From: Adineta vaga
Taxonomy: Eukaryota > Animalia > Rotifera
DNA length: 64,000 bases
NCBI GenBank assembly: GCA_021613535.1
Contig: CP075496.1
Span: forward strand, 9,548,001 to 9,612,000
Reading direction: 5' to 3'
How positions within the stretch are numbered: position 1 is the stretch's first letter; the number at the start of each line of letters is the position of its first letter. The position numbers were made by a program, and so were the translations under genes. Positions 24,747 through 37,190 of this stretch are shown here, piece after piece. The notes beneath the pieces were generated by a model. That model searched no databases, had not been told where the DNA came from, and worked only from the letters and a program-made list of their open reading frames with translations.

Positions 24747-25799
24747 ATGACATCCTCAGATATTCTCTATATTAACTTACTCAATAATATTCCAATGTAT
24801 ACTTATCAATATTTTACTCCAATCTTATATATCGTAAGTAATATTACAAATATCTTCAGTGCATTGATTTTTTCAAAAAAAACTTGGAGAAAAAATGTAT
24901 GCGTATTATATTTTAATTTTTGTCTTCTTTGCAATACGGTTTACATCAATTCAGCAATACTTTCTTCGATATTGACGATTGGTTTTGGAATTTATTTACA
25001 AAATAAGTATGTTATTATTTGTAAACTATACTTATATGTCACATTCTTATTTACATATATATTTCCCACAATATTAATTCTCGCTTCGATTGATCGTTTG
25101 TTAATCTCTTCACAAAATATTGATACACGTTTTTATAGTTCAAAACGTTTGGCATTTTTTTCAACCGGATTAGGTGTACTTTTCTGGATAGTTTTCTGTA
25201 TTCATATATTGATTAAAGGAGATATAATAGAATATTATCCTGGAATTCATTTTTGTTATTATACTGGTTCGAGAACTTATTTGGAATTTCTTTTATATTC
25301 ACATGTTATTTTTAATACTCTTTTTTCAGTTCTAATGATTGTTTTATTGATTTTATCATTTAAAAATGTCCGACATATTCGATTAGTTCAACGAAATCGT
25401 CAAAGACAAGTTCGATTAATGACAAAAAAAGATTTCGAATTGCTTCGTTGTTTATTAGCTCAAGATGTTATCTATATCATCTTCACAATTGGATTGAATA
25501 TAAATGCAATTTATGAACTTATAAAAAATGTACAAACAAATACACCGATAGAATTAGCAATCGATGGATTTATTGTGAAATGTACTTTATTTTTGCATCA
25601 AATTCCATATTGTGCAAGTTTCTTCATCTTTATTAGTGTATCGAAAACATTTCGATTGGATGTAAAACGTTCAATGTATAAGATTATTGGTAAAGAATTA
25701 CTGCGAACACGTGAAGAAAGTAATTGTAGACGATTAGGAATGAAACGAGCTACAGTAGAGTTGAATGTACCAGTTAGTACAATTGATTTACAAACTTGA
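24747..25799 (+). CDS. Class A orphan GPCR
   Basis: ATG 24747; family motifs present. Confidence 0.9.
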   Translation: MTSSDILYINLLNNIPMYTYQYFTPILYIVSNITNIFSALIFSKKTWRKNVCVLYFNFCLLCNTVYINSAILSSILTIGFGIYLQNKYVIICKLYLYVTFLFTYIFPTILILASIDRLLISSQNIDTRFYSSKRLAFFSTGLGVLFWIVFCIHILIKGDIIEYYPGIHFCYYTGSRTYLEFLLYSHVIFNTLFSVLMIVLLILSFKNVRHIRLVQRNRQRQVRLMTKKDFELLRCLLAQDVIYIIFTIGLNINAIYELIKNVQTNTPIELAIDGFIVKCTLFLHQIPYCASFFIFISVSKTFRLDVKRSMYKIIGKELLRTREESNCRRLGMKRATVELNVPVSTIDLQT

Positions 25800-26453
25800 T
25801 TAGACGATCAAATCGACTTTGTTTTGCTATTAAAGTATATCACATGATGAATATAGTCATGTACTTTGTTCTTGTTTGTCTTAATCCAAATATATGTAAC
25901 AAAATGTAAAAGAATTGAATTTTAATCTCTCTTTTTCTAATGAAAAGTAATTATACTGCTGATGTAATTGATGTTGAAATAATTGGAAAGATGATCTCGA
26001 AGGAAACATTTATTCGAGGTCAACAAAAAATATAGGAACATGTACTTTTGTATAAAAGACTGGGCTTCAAACAGAGATGAGTTAACATCATTTTGTGTAA
26101 TGTTTTTCATCTCGTCAAAACTGTGCCGATTTTGAAGACGTGGGTAGTAATTGAAAATTATAAATATCATATGCATAATTACGATTAGATCTTAATTAAG
26201 TCAAATAGAGTTTTATACTTTATGATTATGAACATTTAAGATCCAGTTTTTTTTAATCTCTAAATTTGTTATTCAAATATCCAAAATATTAATATGCCCA
26301 TCTGACATTTTTCTACAATGAGAAAGATTAAATGCTTTTGGTGATACTATAAATTGACATATAATTTCGATAAAATTAAAATATATCTTATAGGTGAATC
26401 ATTAAAACTGAAAAGAAACAGACAAAAGTCTCTTCATTATATTTTTCGACAAT

Positions 26454-27452
26454 ATGAGTGCATCTGATTACTATTATATTACATTATTGTATAATACTAC
26501 TACTTTTATGTATAAATATTTACTTCCTGTATTCTATATCGTGGGTAATATTGGAAATATATTAAGTGCTTTTATTTTTCTCAAAAAATCCTGGAATAAA
26601 AATGTCTGTGTCTTATATTTTAAAGTATGTCTCTTTCTAAGTTTATTATACATCAATACAACAGTTATTACAGCTATTTTACTCGTTGGTTATGATATTA
26701 ATTTATTTAATTCAAATGTTATATCATGTAAACTTCTCTTTTATTGTCCCTTTGTTCTAATTACACTTTTACCGACCATATTAATTCTTGCAACAATTGA
26801 TCGTCTATTAATTTCATCACAAAATGTCAACACACGTTTGTATAGTTCGAAACGATTAGCTTATTTTTCGATTAGTATTAGTACAGTCTTCTGGTTGGTT
26901 TTTAATCTTCATATAATTATTAAGACGAATATGCAACAATTATATCCATACTATTTTTCATGTTATTATGATCTATCGAATGTTTATCTACTATTTGTTT
27001 CATATTCTGTGATGATTAATAATACTCTTATTTGTATTTTAATGATTATTTTGTCTATTTTGGCATTTAAAAATGTTCGACAAATTCGTACGATTCCTCG
27101 TCAACAACGAAGACAGATTCGAACAATGACAAAAAAAGATTTTCAATTACTTCGATGTTTATTTGTACAAGATATTGTCTATGTTAGTCTTGGCGCATTA
27201 TTAGGTGGATATTTTACCTACAGTACAATCACGTATGGTAAACCGAAAACATTACTGGAACAATCGATTAGTACTTTTGCGAATAATTTTCTTACTTTTT
27301 TCTATTATACATTCTATTGTGACAATTTCATCATATTTTTTAGTGTATCAAAAGCATTTCGACATGAACTAAAGCGTTTGGCTTATCGTTTTTTTGGTAA
27401 AGATTTAGTAACATTACGTGATGAGTATCATCATAGACAGCAACCATTGTAA
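26454..27452 (+). CDS. Class A orphan GPCR
   Basis: Intact 332 aa with the family motifs. Confidence 0.9.
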   Translation: MSASDYYYITLLYNTTTFMYKYLLPVFYIVGNIGNILSAFIFLKKSWNKNVCVLYFKVCLFLSLLYINTTVITAILLVGYDINLFNSNVISCKLLFYCPFVLITLLPTILILATIDRLLISSQNVNTRLYSSKRLAYFSISISTVFWLVFNLHIIIKTNMQQLYPYYFSCYYDLSNVYLLFVSYSVMINNTLICILMIILSILAFKNVRQIRTIPRQQRRQIRTMTKKDFQLLRCLFVQDIVYVSLGALLGGYFTYSTITYGKPKTLLEQSISTFANNFLTFFYYTFYCDNFIIFFSVSKAFRHELKRLAYRFFGKDLVTLRDEYHHRQQPL

Positions 27453-27899
27453 AAAGACAATGGCATCTTACTTATTGCATTTATTAGTTAAACTGGAATA
27501 TATGAGTAATTGTTTAGTCTCAATGAACTACCACGTTTGGTATATTATCGAAACTAGATGAATGCTACATTATCACAGCAAGGGAAAATGTCGTTTGTAA
27601 ATGAGAACATGCACTTTTGACCCTATATTATATGAGGCTCGATTCTAAAGGGTTTTTTTTTCTATTTTTCAACTCTCTAAAAATATCAGTTTGTATTAAT
27701 TATAAAGTTAGTTCATATTGTATTTAATTTAATTTAATTAGTGTCTTGAGAATTTCCTTGCCGGCGCATAGATGTGCGTCAACGACTCCAGTGAATATTG
27801 TGGAAGATGAAAAATGTTATCTGATAACATCGAAGAAACTGTCATCCTTTTTTATTCTTTCACCTTTATAAACTTTACTTTTACATCTGAGGAAAAATG

Positions 27900-28410
27900 T
27901 CTTTATCAGATATTGTCATTCTTAACAATACATTTGTTTATGCTAATCGATATTGTGTGTCTTAGGTATTATCGATAATTTCTTGAGTGTTATGATTATT
28001 TTTTAAAAGATCGTGGAGAAAAATATTTGTAGTTTATATTTGACTATCTGTCTTCTTTTTAATACATGTTATATTAAATTCAACAATGATTGCCACTATT
28101 CCATTTTTGGCTTTTAATTCTATTATTATTATGTAATTATGGTTCTTCTTTCGATATTCTCATTATTTCACATAGGAAACGAACGGAGCCTCGATCGATG
28201 AAGAAAAAAGATTTTCAATTACTTCCCTGTTTATCTGTTCAAGATATTGTATAGATCAGCGTCAGTATTGGAAATTTAGCTAATTTTCTTCATCATACAC
28301 CATAGTGTGTTAGTTATAATGTATTTATGTCGTCATTGAAAACATTTGAACATACTTTAAAACGCCTGATTTGTAAAATATTCGGGAATAATATAGCTTC
28401 AATCAGTTGA
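27900..28410 (+). pseudogene. Internally deleted GPCR paralog
   Basis: Remnants RSWRKNIC.LY, LLFNTCYI, KKDFQLLPCLSVQDIV*, FLHHTP*; most similar to the 28963 gene. Confidence 0.75.
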
Positions 28411-28962
28411 AATTTGATTGAATTACGGAATAAATCTTTTGATATGTTGCAAAGCAATAATTTTGTTTTGATCAGAAAATGTACATTTTAACTTTTTTCT
28501 TCTTATTTCTAATCGATCTGTACACATTCTCGTAGTTTCCGATCTTCGCTTTATATCAACATTAAGTGCATATTTTAAATTGCCCTTTGCGTATGAAAAC
28601 AAGGAGTCTGCTAATTGTAAGAGCATCTGCTATCCATCAAACATTGATGGATGTCTTTTCCATAAAAAGATTTATCAATAAAGCATCTAGATATGCATTT
28701 TATGTGAGCTTAAAATCAAATTTTCTAAGAAGCTTAGTATTCATCAGAAGAATGAAATGAAATTTATTATTAACGCAACTATTTTCTTATTACATTTCAT
28801 AGGAAGAAAGACTTTATTAACAAAACACAGAATTATTGAAATGGTCTACTGTACGCAGTAGAATAAGAAAATATATGTTTCTTCGTACAAAAATCTTTGA
28901 GCATTTACATTTTAGTCATTATTCTATTGTTTTTGGACTCAAGTAATCAACAGATCAGAAAG

Positions 28963-29991
28963 ATGTCTTCATCGGATGATTATACTATTGCGATTCTTAA
29001 TTATATTGTTCTCTATGTCAATCGGTTTGTTATACTTCCATTGTATATTTTGGCAAATATTGGAAATTTTCTGAGTGTATTGATATTTTTAAAAAGATCA
29101 TGGCGAAAAAATGTTTGTATTCTATATTTTAATGTTTATCTTCTTTTTAATACGTGTTATATCAATTCATCAATGATTTCAGGAATTTTTATCTTTGGAT
29201 TCAAAATTAATATCTTGAATCGAAGTGTTATTTTATGTAAATTGTACTTCTATACTGTTTTTCTTTTCTCAACACTTTCTCCAACTATTCTTATTCTTGC
29301 TTCGATTGATCGTTTATTGATTTCTTCACAAAATATCGATACACGTTTGTATAGTTCGAAACGTTTAGCCTATTTTTCCGTTGGTACAAGTACAATCTTT
29401 TGGTCTATCTTCTATATTCATTTATTGATTAAAGTTAATATCCAACAATTTAATCCTACTTATTATGATTGCAATTATGATCTGTTTGAATCTTATCCTC
29501 AATTTGTTACTTATTTTACATTGATTGTAAATACATTATATTGTTTAATAATAATTATTCTTTCGATATTTTCGTTTAAAAATGTTCGACATATTCATGT
29601 TTTTCCACGTCATCAACGACGTGATCTTCGCTCAATGACAAAGAAAGATTTTCAATTACTTCGTTGTCTATTCGCTTTTGATATTATCTATATTGTATTT
29701 AGTATTAGTCTCGTCGTCTATATGGCTTATAGTGTAACTATAGCGAATACAATACAAACGTCATTAGAACGAGCAATCAATAATTTCTTCGGTGATTGCA
29801 GTCATTTTCTTCATCATATACCATATAGTACTAGTTTTTTTATTTTTATTCTTGTTTCGAAAGCTTATCGACATGAACTAAAACGAATGGTATTCAAATT
29901 GTTTCGAAAAAACTTACCAGTTATGCAAACAAAAGAAAATCCACAACATCATATTATAAGTGTTGTAGAATCGGTTGCATTACCAAGTTAA
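28963..29991 (+). CDS. Class A orphan GPCR
   Basis: Likely start MSSSDDY at ATG 28963; family motifs present. Confidence 0.9.
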   Translation: MSSSDDYTIAILNYIVLYVNRFVILPLYILANIGNFLSVLIFLKRSWRKNVCILYFNVYLLFNTCYINSSMISGIFIFGFKINILNRSVILCKLYFYTVFLFSTLSPTILILASIDRLLISSQNIDTRLYSSKRLAYFSVGTSTIFWSIFYIHLLIKVNIQQFNPTYYDCNYDLFESYPQFVTYFTLIVNTLYCLIIIILSIFSFKNVRHIHVFPRHQRRDLRSMTKKDFQLLRCLFAFDIIYIVFSISLVVYMAYSVTIANTIQTSLERAINNFFGDCSHFLHHIPYSTSFFIFILVSKAYRHELKRMVFKLFRKNLPVMQTKENPQHHIISVVESVALPS

Positions 29992-30246
29992 TTAATCAAT
30001 CGAATGAAAATAAAGTATTAATAGCAACACTAGCTTTTTTCACTCTTACCTGAAAAAGAATAGAATTCATAAAATCGAGAAACGATATTATATAATCAAC
30101 ATTGTCAAAGTGATTCATCTCGATCTATTCTTTTTCTGTAAAATTCTGATACTTTTAATTGTATATGATATATTGAAGCGTCACTGCGATGATCTAAAAA
30201 AACAGTATGAAATTCTTTTGATAGAATATATAGGAATTGTCATATA

Positions 30247-31342
30247 TTAATGATTGAGATGAGCTGTTAGAGCATTCCATGTCTCATCTTCTTTGTCAAT
30301 TAATCTCAGATCAACCAACCACAATGATCCATATTGTTCTACATTTTCTATCTCAAATACTGATGCCATCGAGAATAATACTTCGTCTTCATTTTCATAT
30401 ACACTCAAGTATTTCACTTTAGCAAATGGAATCGAATGGGGCACACTTGTGTCAACAGTAATTTGGTAAATAACGGATACTTCTTCTTCAGCATTATCCA
30501 ATGCCCCATCACCAGCAAAAAATATTGCTGCACTAATATCACTTGTCGTGAACAGAAAACTATTCTTAGCAATGAACTTTCCTACATTTTTCTTATGATC
30601 TCTTAGTTCATCAATCTTCATACGTTGTCCACAGTACAACGTCAATACGGTCTTATCAGAAGATAAAGGTTCTTTTTTAGACAAGCGAGGTGTTTCATGA
30701 AGAAGTCGGTAAAGAAAACAACCAGTTGTATACCATTTGATTGCATTTTGATGACTGTAATCTGTTTTTATAAGTGGTACGCATGGCAGAAAATATTTCA
30801 CTTCTAGCAGTGTAAGTATGATTCAAATGGTCAAGGATATTAAAAAAGAAACGATACCAGAAGAATTTTGCATTATCTCCAATCACATATTGAACTCCTT
30901 CATCTATACGAATAGGAAATCTGACTTTTGCAATGTCTTCTAGTATCTTCTCAATCAATGATTGAACATTATTGAATGCACCATGAAATCGTCGATTGCG
31001 AATGGCATCAATACTGTACAGAATATCGTCAAGCAGATAAATATGTGACAGTTGCGATACAGTTTCTTTCAAGTGATCATGTATAAAGTGAAAGAATCGA
31101 TTTGAAACGATGACTACGATTAGAGCGTCCTTTGCATCACTTTGGTTTACGAGATCTTTGAACGTTTCTATATTGTCTGTTCGGAAATATACACAGTTGG
31201 GTATACGATTGAATTCTTCAAGTAATTGAGAACTATCAAAAAATACATCATGGAGAAGAATAATAATCTTTTTTGACGATAAAATCCTTCTACTCTCATG
31301 TTCTTCTCGACTGCGTGCGAATAAACGTAATCGAGTAGTCAT
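30247..31342 (-). pseudogene. ADP-ribosyltransferase-domain gene, frameshifted and degenerate
   Basis: Two overlapping ORFs with a frameshift near 30770. AIKWYT..FLYRLL, LYCGQ (Arg replaced by Cys), NSFLFTT (S-T-S altered), ENEDEVLF. Confidence 0.7.
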
Positions 31343-32015
31343 TATATTTTAACAAAGTATGTGCTGGCGATGTTAATACTTATTTAGAGTATGGCTTAAG
31401 AACGTGAACAGCCAATGAAAGATTCGTAATCTAAACTTAAAGAAAAAAACATTTCGATGTCGATATGATCTTCGCAGTTTTTAATGCAATAATTACAGTT
31501 ACACGTTTTACGTAATAAATGCAAACACGTTCAGACAAAGGATAATTATCAGTATTTTATACATGACAATCAAAGCCGTGTGAAGATATACAACTACAAG
31601 TAGGTTTATTCAAAAAACAGAAAGGAAACAGATCGATCTCGAGATTTTTCAACTATACACCTATATTTACTTCTACCATAAGATTTACTAAAGAAAAATC
31701 ATAAATATTCTTTACGTCCATCACTTTTCATTTCATGTATATTCTGGTCTATAATATTAAGATAAAAAAAAAGTATTCAGCAGTATAGCATACGAGACAT
31801 ACGTCATTCTTTCTTTCAAAACTACACACGCAGCCATAAGTATTATTTGACGTTGTACGAAAACAATATTCATTTTTTCTTTCTTTTCTTTTTCTTCTGT
31901 TACTGAGTCAATAAAAAATGTGGTTACTAAAAATGAAGCATTACATTTTGAATTCATTGCATCAAACAACAGACATATACTATACTGCTTTTAAATAATT
32001 AATTAAGTTCACGAA

Positions 32016-33659
32016 ATGAATCGTTTTATTCAAACGTATCACAATGGGCGGCAACCATCGTATCATCAAGAATATATAAATCATCCCCTACTACCGTTTA
32101 AAATAGCTCTTGAACCTCTACTCTTTAAAGTTGACCAATTATATTATTATATGAAATTAGCAGAAATCAAGCGTAACTATTCATCAAGACATAATCTCAC
32201 CGACGATGAATCAGCTGCGCTGTATCTTTATACGAGCGAATGGGGACCACAAAGTTTAAATTACCTATTAAATCATGCAATAACATCGAACGATTTTCAA
32301 ACAATTGAACCTTGGTTTGGATTTCTTAAATTGTTAAATAATGCACTAGAAAAACTACCTTCTGTAAAAATTCAAATTTGGCGAGCCATACGCATTGATG
32401 TCTTTGCTCAGCTTCGAAGAAACGAAATAATAACTTGGTGGAATATTAGTTCATGTTCATTTTCGAATGATTTTATTAGAAGTCTACTTAACAACCATTT
32501 AGTACTTTGTTCAATTCAAGTTTTAAATGGAAAAAGTGTTCGCGACTTCACTCCTAATACCAACGAAGATGAGGTATTATTAACTGCAGGCACACGTTTA
32601 CTTGTAAAAGAGAAGAGATTTGAACGTTATACAAACCAATATATTGTGTACTTCGAAGAAATATACCTTGATACTTCCAAGACGGCAGCTACGATTGAAA
32701 AATGTAGTTCACCATTGAAGCAATTGTCGAACAATAATTTAGGTGAGTATTGTATCGTTTAAATCAGTATATTTGTTAGTAAAGTTGATCGTCGAATGTA
32801 AATACTATAGTGTTGATCCTTGAAATACTTTCCTTACTCATAATACTACATGATGCAAATTATTTGATTTATCAAAATTCAACTTTGAAATCCCATAAAC
32901 ACGATCATCTGTATTTTATCATTTCTAGATAGCAACGGATTCAAAGACAATATAGTGATGTCAACAATTACCTTTTCGAATGGTGATAGATACGAAGTAA
33001 CTTATAGAAATGGTAAGAAAGAAGGATATGGTAGATATACTAGTACTCATGGAAAGGTATATGAAGGCTACGAAGCTTCGAATATGGCAAAAGGAAGAGG
33101 AACGTGTATATGTACCAATGGTGATTGCTATGACGGAACATTCGAATATGGTAAAATGGTGGGACATGGAAGTTATCGTCGTGCAGATAGATATACTTAT
33201 GTAGGAAACTGGATTAGTGGCGAGCCTTTTGGTAAAGGTAAGACCATCTGGCCGAATGGAAACTGTTACGAAGGATTTCATGAAAATGAAAGAATGAATG
33301 GATATGGTAAATTCTCTAATCTGGCAGGTGACGAATACATGGGGGGTTTGGTTGACGGAAAGGCACATGGTTCAGGAAAACGAAAATGGAAGAATGGTGA
33401 TTACTATGACGGCAAATTTCAGAATGATAAAAAGCATGGATATGGTACCTATACGTACGAAAGTGGCAACAAATACTCAGGTGATTGGTCTAATGACGAG
33501 ATGAATGGTGAAGGAGCCTTTATATGGACTAGTGGTTCTCGATATATAGGTAACTTTAAAAACGGAAAAAGACATGGTTATGGTAGGTTAACTTTTGTTA
33601 ATGGACAAGTAAGAACTGGATATTGGGAAAATGACAAATATATTGGTGAAAAACGTTAG
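32016..33659 (+). CDS. ADP-ribosyltransferase (R-S-E type) fused to MORN repeats, 485 aa
   Basis: Exons 32016-32742 and 32929-33659 join in phase 1 (486 codons). ART motifs LTDDESAALYLYT, IWRAI, WWNISSCS, NEDEVLL; about 9-10 MORN units (YEG....G.G.). Confidence 0.85.
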
Positions 33660-34605
33660 TAGTAATGATATCGGTTGTGTGATTCATGCCTTTGTACACA
33701 GTTAACTGAGATATATCAGTTGACTCGAAAAGACAAGAGTTTTTCATTACAAGTATATCTTCGTACATAGAGAAAAACTGTTTCAATCAGAAAGGCAAGT
33801 TCTTAAAAAGACTGCATTTCAGACAAGACACAATACTGACAAAACGGAATGAAGAAGGTTACTAAATAATACCACGAACCATAGCAGACAAAACGAGAAA
33901 AAAAAGGATTTTTTCCGATTTTGTCTACCTAGGAATACTCAAATGTTACTCTACATGCCAAATCATTGAAGTAAACCATATATAAGACTACTAATGGAAA
34001 CTATAATGGTAGCGAAAAAAGAGTAGAATACACATAGATAGAGCATTATGATCGAACTCATAATAAGTATTTCAACTATCATTGATCAGTGGTCGAATAA
34101 AAGTACACGACAGAAGTAAGTAACAACATGATTGTTCAGAGTTATTTAAAATAGTAATGCAAAATTGTTTTGTTAATGAAGTGAGAGAACAAAACAATGA
34201 ATTGACTATAGAAATTCGATGCATACTGAATATTTCTATCGACAGACTTTTTTCAATGAGATGACACAGGAAACGTATATAAATTGTAGTCATTTATTTC
34301 TTTGTAAGAATCTTTCCACAAACAGACCTGTTGTTTGTGTTTGTCAGTTACATTTTATTGAAATAATTCCCTAATATGATACAATTACAAAAACAAAACA
34401 TGATGAGAAAATCAACATTTGAATGTGTCTATAATTATGACAATATTTATAGATGAAATAAGACACTTATTATATACTAATATGATCTTAGGTAGAAGTA
34501 TTTGCGTAGATGATTTATTCTTGTTTATTTCGAAATATTTGGAAAAAATACAATCAAAATATTAATGATCAATTGTTTATTATAGAAGATTATCTTTAAA
34601 TTCGT

Positions 34606-36003
34606 TTATGGTAAAAGATAGCCCAGAATTCGAGCTTCGGAATATTGAACTCCGTCGTTGTGTGAGCCTCGAACTTTAGTTATCAGAAGACGATAAGTAG
34701 TAAAATGTTGTTTATTTGCAAATTTTTGTTGTATCCCATAGAGAGAACGATTTAGAGGAATCGTAGTATCGATTCCTGTTGAACCGCTATAGATAAGTGA
34801 CCATCGGGTGCCTTTACGCAACTGTTTGTCATTTGTTTCGTTTGATCCTTGGAGAGTTACTTCCATTGGATCACGTTGAGGCATGTCATCAGCTGTAGCA
34901 AAGAGCAGACCACAGGCTACTGTTGGTTTACCCTTAAAAGGTATGACTATGAAACCAGTACCTACTCCTGGCGGATGAATAATGCTCCCGGAACCACGTT
35001 TCTTGGCATAATTGAAGTATTTTGTGGTTGTTGAATTGTCCATTACTAAGTGGACTCCTTCCTTAGGACGTATTACAAACAAGCCATCAAAAGCACCAGC
35101 AGATTGATTTGCTGTCGTATCATACACGGCTACAATGAAATCCCCTGGATGATTCAAAAGATTATCGAAGGTTCAGCCATAGTCGTAGTTGTTGTTGTTG
35201 TTAATAATTCTGTAGTGTCTATAAAATAGAATCAGTGAAGAAAATAATAGAATACCAAGAGTTCATCAAATTCCGTAAATATTTGTTAGTCACCTTTATA
35301 GTAATAATCCGTCGCAACTATTGTATTGCCTGTTCTATTTGCATTCAAATCGACGTTTGATGCTACGGATAGATCAGCAGTAATAAGTGATTTGCTCGAC
35401 GTATAACCATCATAGTTTTCGCTTCCAGTATGATCATTACTGTTCGTTCTTGTGCTTATACTTGGTATTGATTGAGTAGCAAGCTTGTTGGTGACTGGTA
35501 ATGATCCAGTGGGTACAACACGTTTTGTAACGACGTTACTAGCAATCGTAATCGTTGCTGTTGAATCTAAGGAGTGAATAGAACAAAACGAAATGATACA
35601 AGTGCGATTAATAATATAGAAAAACTTGATATGTTTAATTTAGTTTAGTGAAGAAGAAAAATCATGAAAGAAAACTGTTTACCTGAATTATTGATTGTTG
35701 TTATTGTGCTTGCTTTGGATTGATTTGCCTGACAATTGCGACTAATTACTAACGGAATAGTAATAATAACAATTACTAAAACTAATACACCCGTTAATAG
35801 AATCGTAAAACGAAGATGACGTCTAGATCGAATTGAGTTTTCTCCTTGATATCTATAGAAATAAAACAAAAAAGCTTATCTTATAATCGTGTTTGTCATT
35901 CGATGTTTTTAAAGTAAACTTACGTCTGGTTCGTTTCATGGTGAACAGTTTCTTCTTTATCATTAACGGTATAATCTTCGGGATGAATAGCTGATGATGG
36001 CAT
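34606..36003 (-). CDS. Single-pass membrane protein with Thr-rich stalk and C-terminal beta-sandwich domain; one apparent frameshift
   Basis: Four exons from ATG 36003; TM in exon 2; C-terminal TADDMPQRDPMEVTLQGSN..W..IY..YRLLIT..VQYSE. The last exon needs one more nt near 35170 to reach the 34606 frame. Confidence 0.6.
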
Positions 36004-36823
36004 TGTGTTACTACACAAATTGTATGCTTAACAATGATACAAGAAAACGCGTTATTCTATTCTTTGTAGAAAAATAGAGAAAAAAATAGAAATCATAAAG
36101 CTGATTTTCTTATTGATTACTCGTTTCAAATCAGCATTCTTTTTTGTTTTCATCAGTTATAAAATTTAATACAATCATTTTAAATAATATTGACAATAGG
36201 TTTGTATCTATTTCAAATAGCACGTACTTTGCAACACAATGATTCCCCGAAAAGAAAGAATGACGATTATATGCTAGAAATACATTTACACTAGCGCAAA
36301 GATTATCAAAAATGTGTTGACAATCAATGACAGAATGAATAATAATACTAAATTTGAATTATATTATGGATTGATAATGATCATAATGTGTTTTTTTTCT
36401 AATAATAATAGAAAATATTGATAAATAAATAGAACATGAGTAAAAACTATTATCAACACAAAATAAGTTGTATGACTAAATTATCATGTATATTATAGCA
36501 AACAAGAAACATTCCATAACAACGTTTGATTGATTTTTTTTTTTTCTTCACATACTAAACTTCTGAACAGAACGATGTTTTCTGGTGTTCTTCTCTCTGC
36601 TACATAAATATTGAATTTTGATAAGTTCAACTGAATTCTAGGAATATCATTTATACGAATTCACAATCAGTTTACATCTTTAAATCAATAGTTGGATTGC
36701 TATTCTCATTAAAAAAATAGAAAATATAATATTCGATAGAAGACTGTAAAAGAAGTTACCTTTTTTTTAACTATTTTTATACGGAAATAGTCTACTCACC
36801 CTCAAGATGGTATTTGCATATTT

Positions 36824-37190
36824 GTGATAGGTACACCTGATAATGCATCAGCGAATGAGTTCCAACAACCATACAATATAATATGTGATGAATATACAAA
36901 AACGTTCTATGTTGCTGACTATAACAATCATCGTGCTATTCGTTTCATAGGCAATGAAACAAATAGTACGGTGATGTTAGGAAATCTTTTACCTGGATAC
37001 ACATAAGTATAGAATTCAATTATTTCTTGCCGGAGAATCGCAAGGAAGAGCAATTATTGGCACAGGATCTGTGGGTTCAAATGCTTCTCAACTTGATTTA
37101 CTGTTTACATTAAAACTTGACAGTCAATTGAATATATATGTTTCTGATAACAACAATAATCGAATACAAAAATTACTTCTAAACTTTAAA
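36824..37190 (+). pseudogene. NHL-repeat gene remnant
   Basis: FYVADYNNHR and IYVSDNNNNRIQK in two short disconnected ORFs. Confidence 0.6.
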
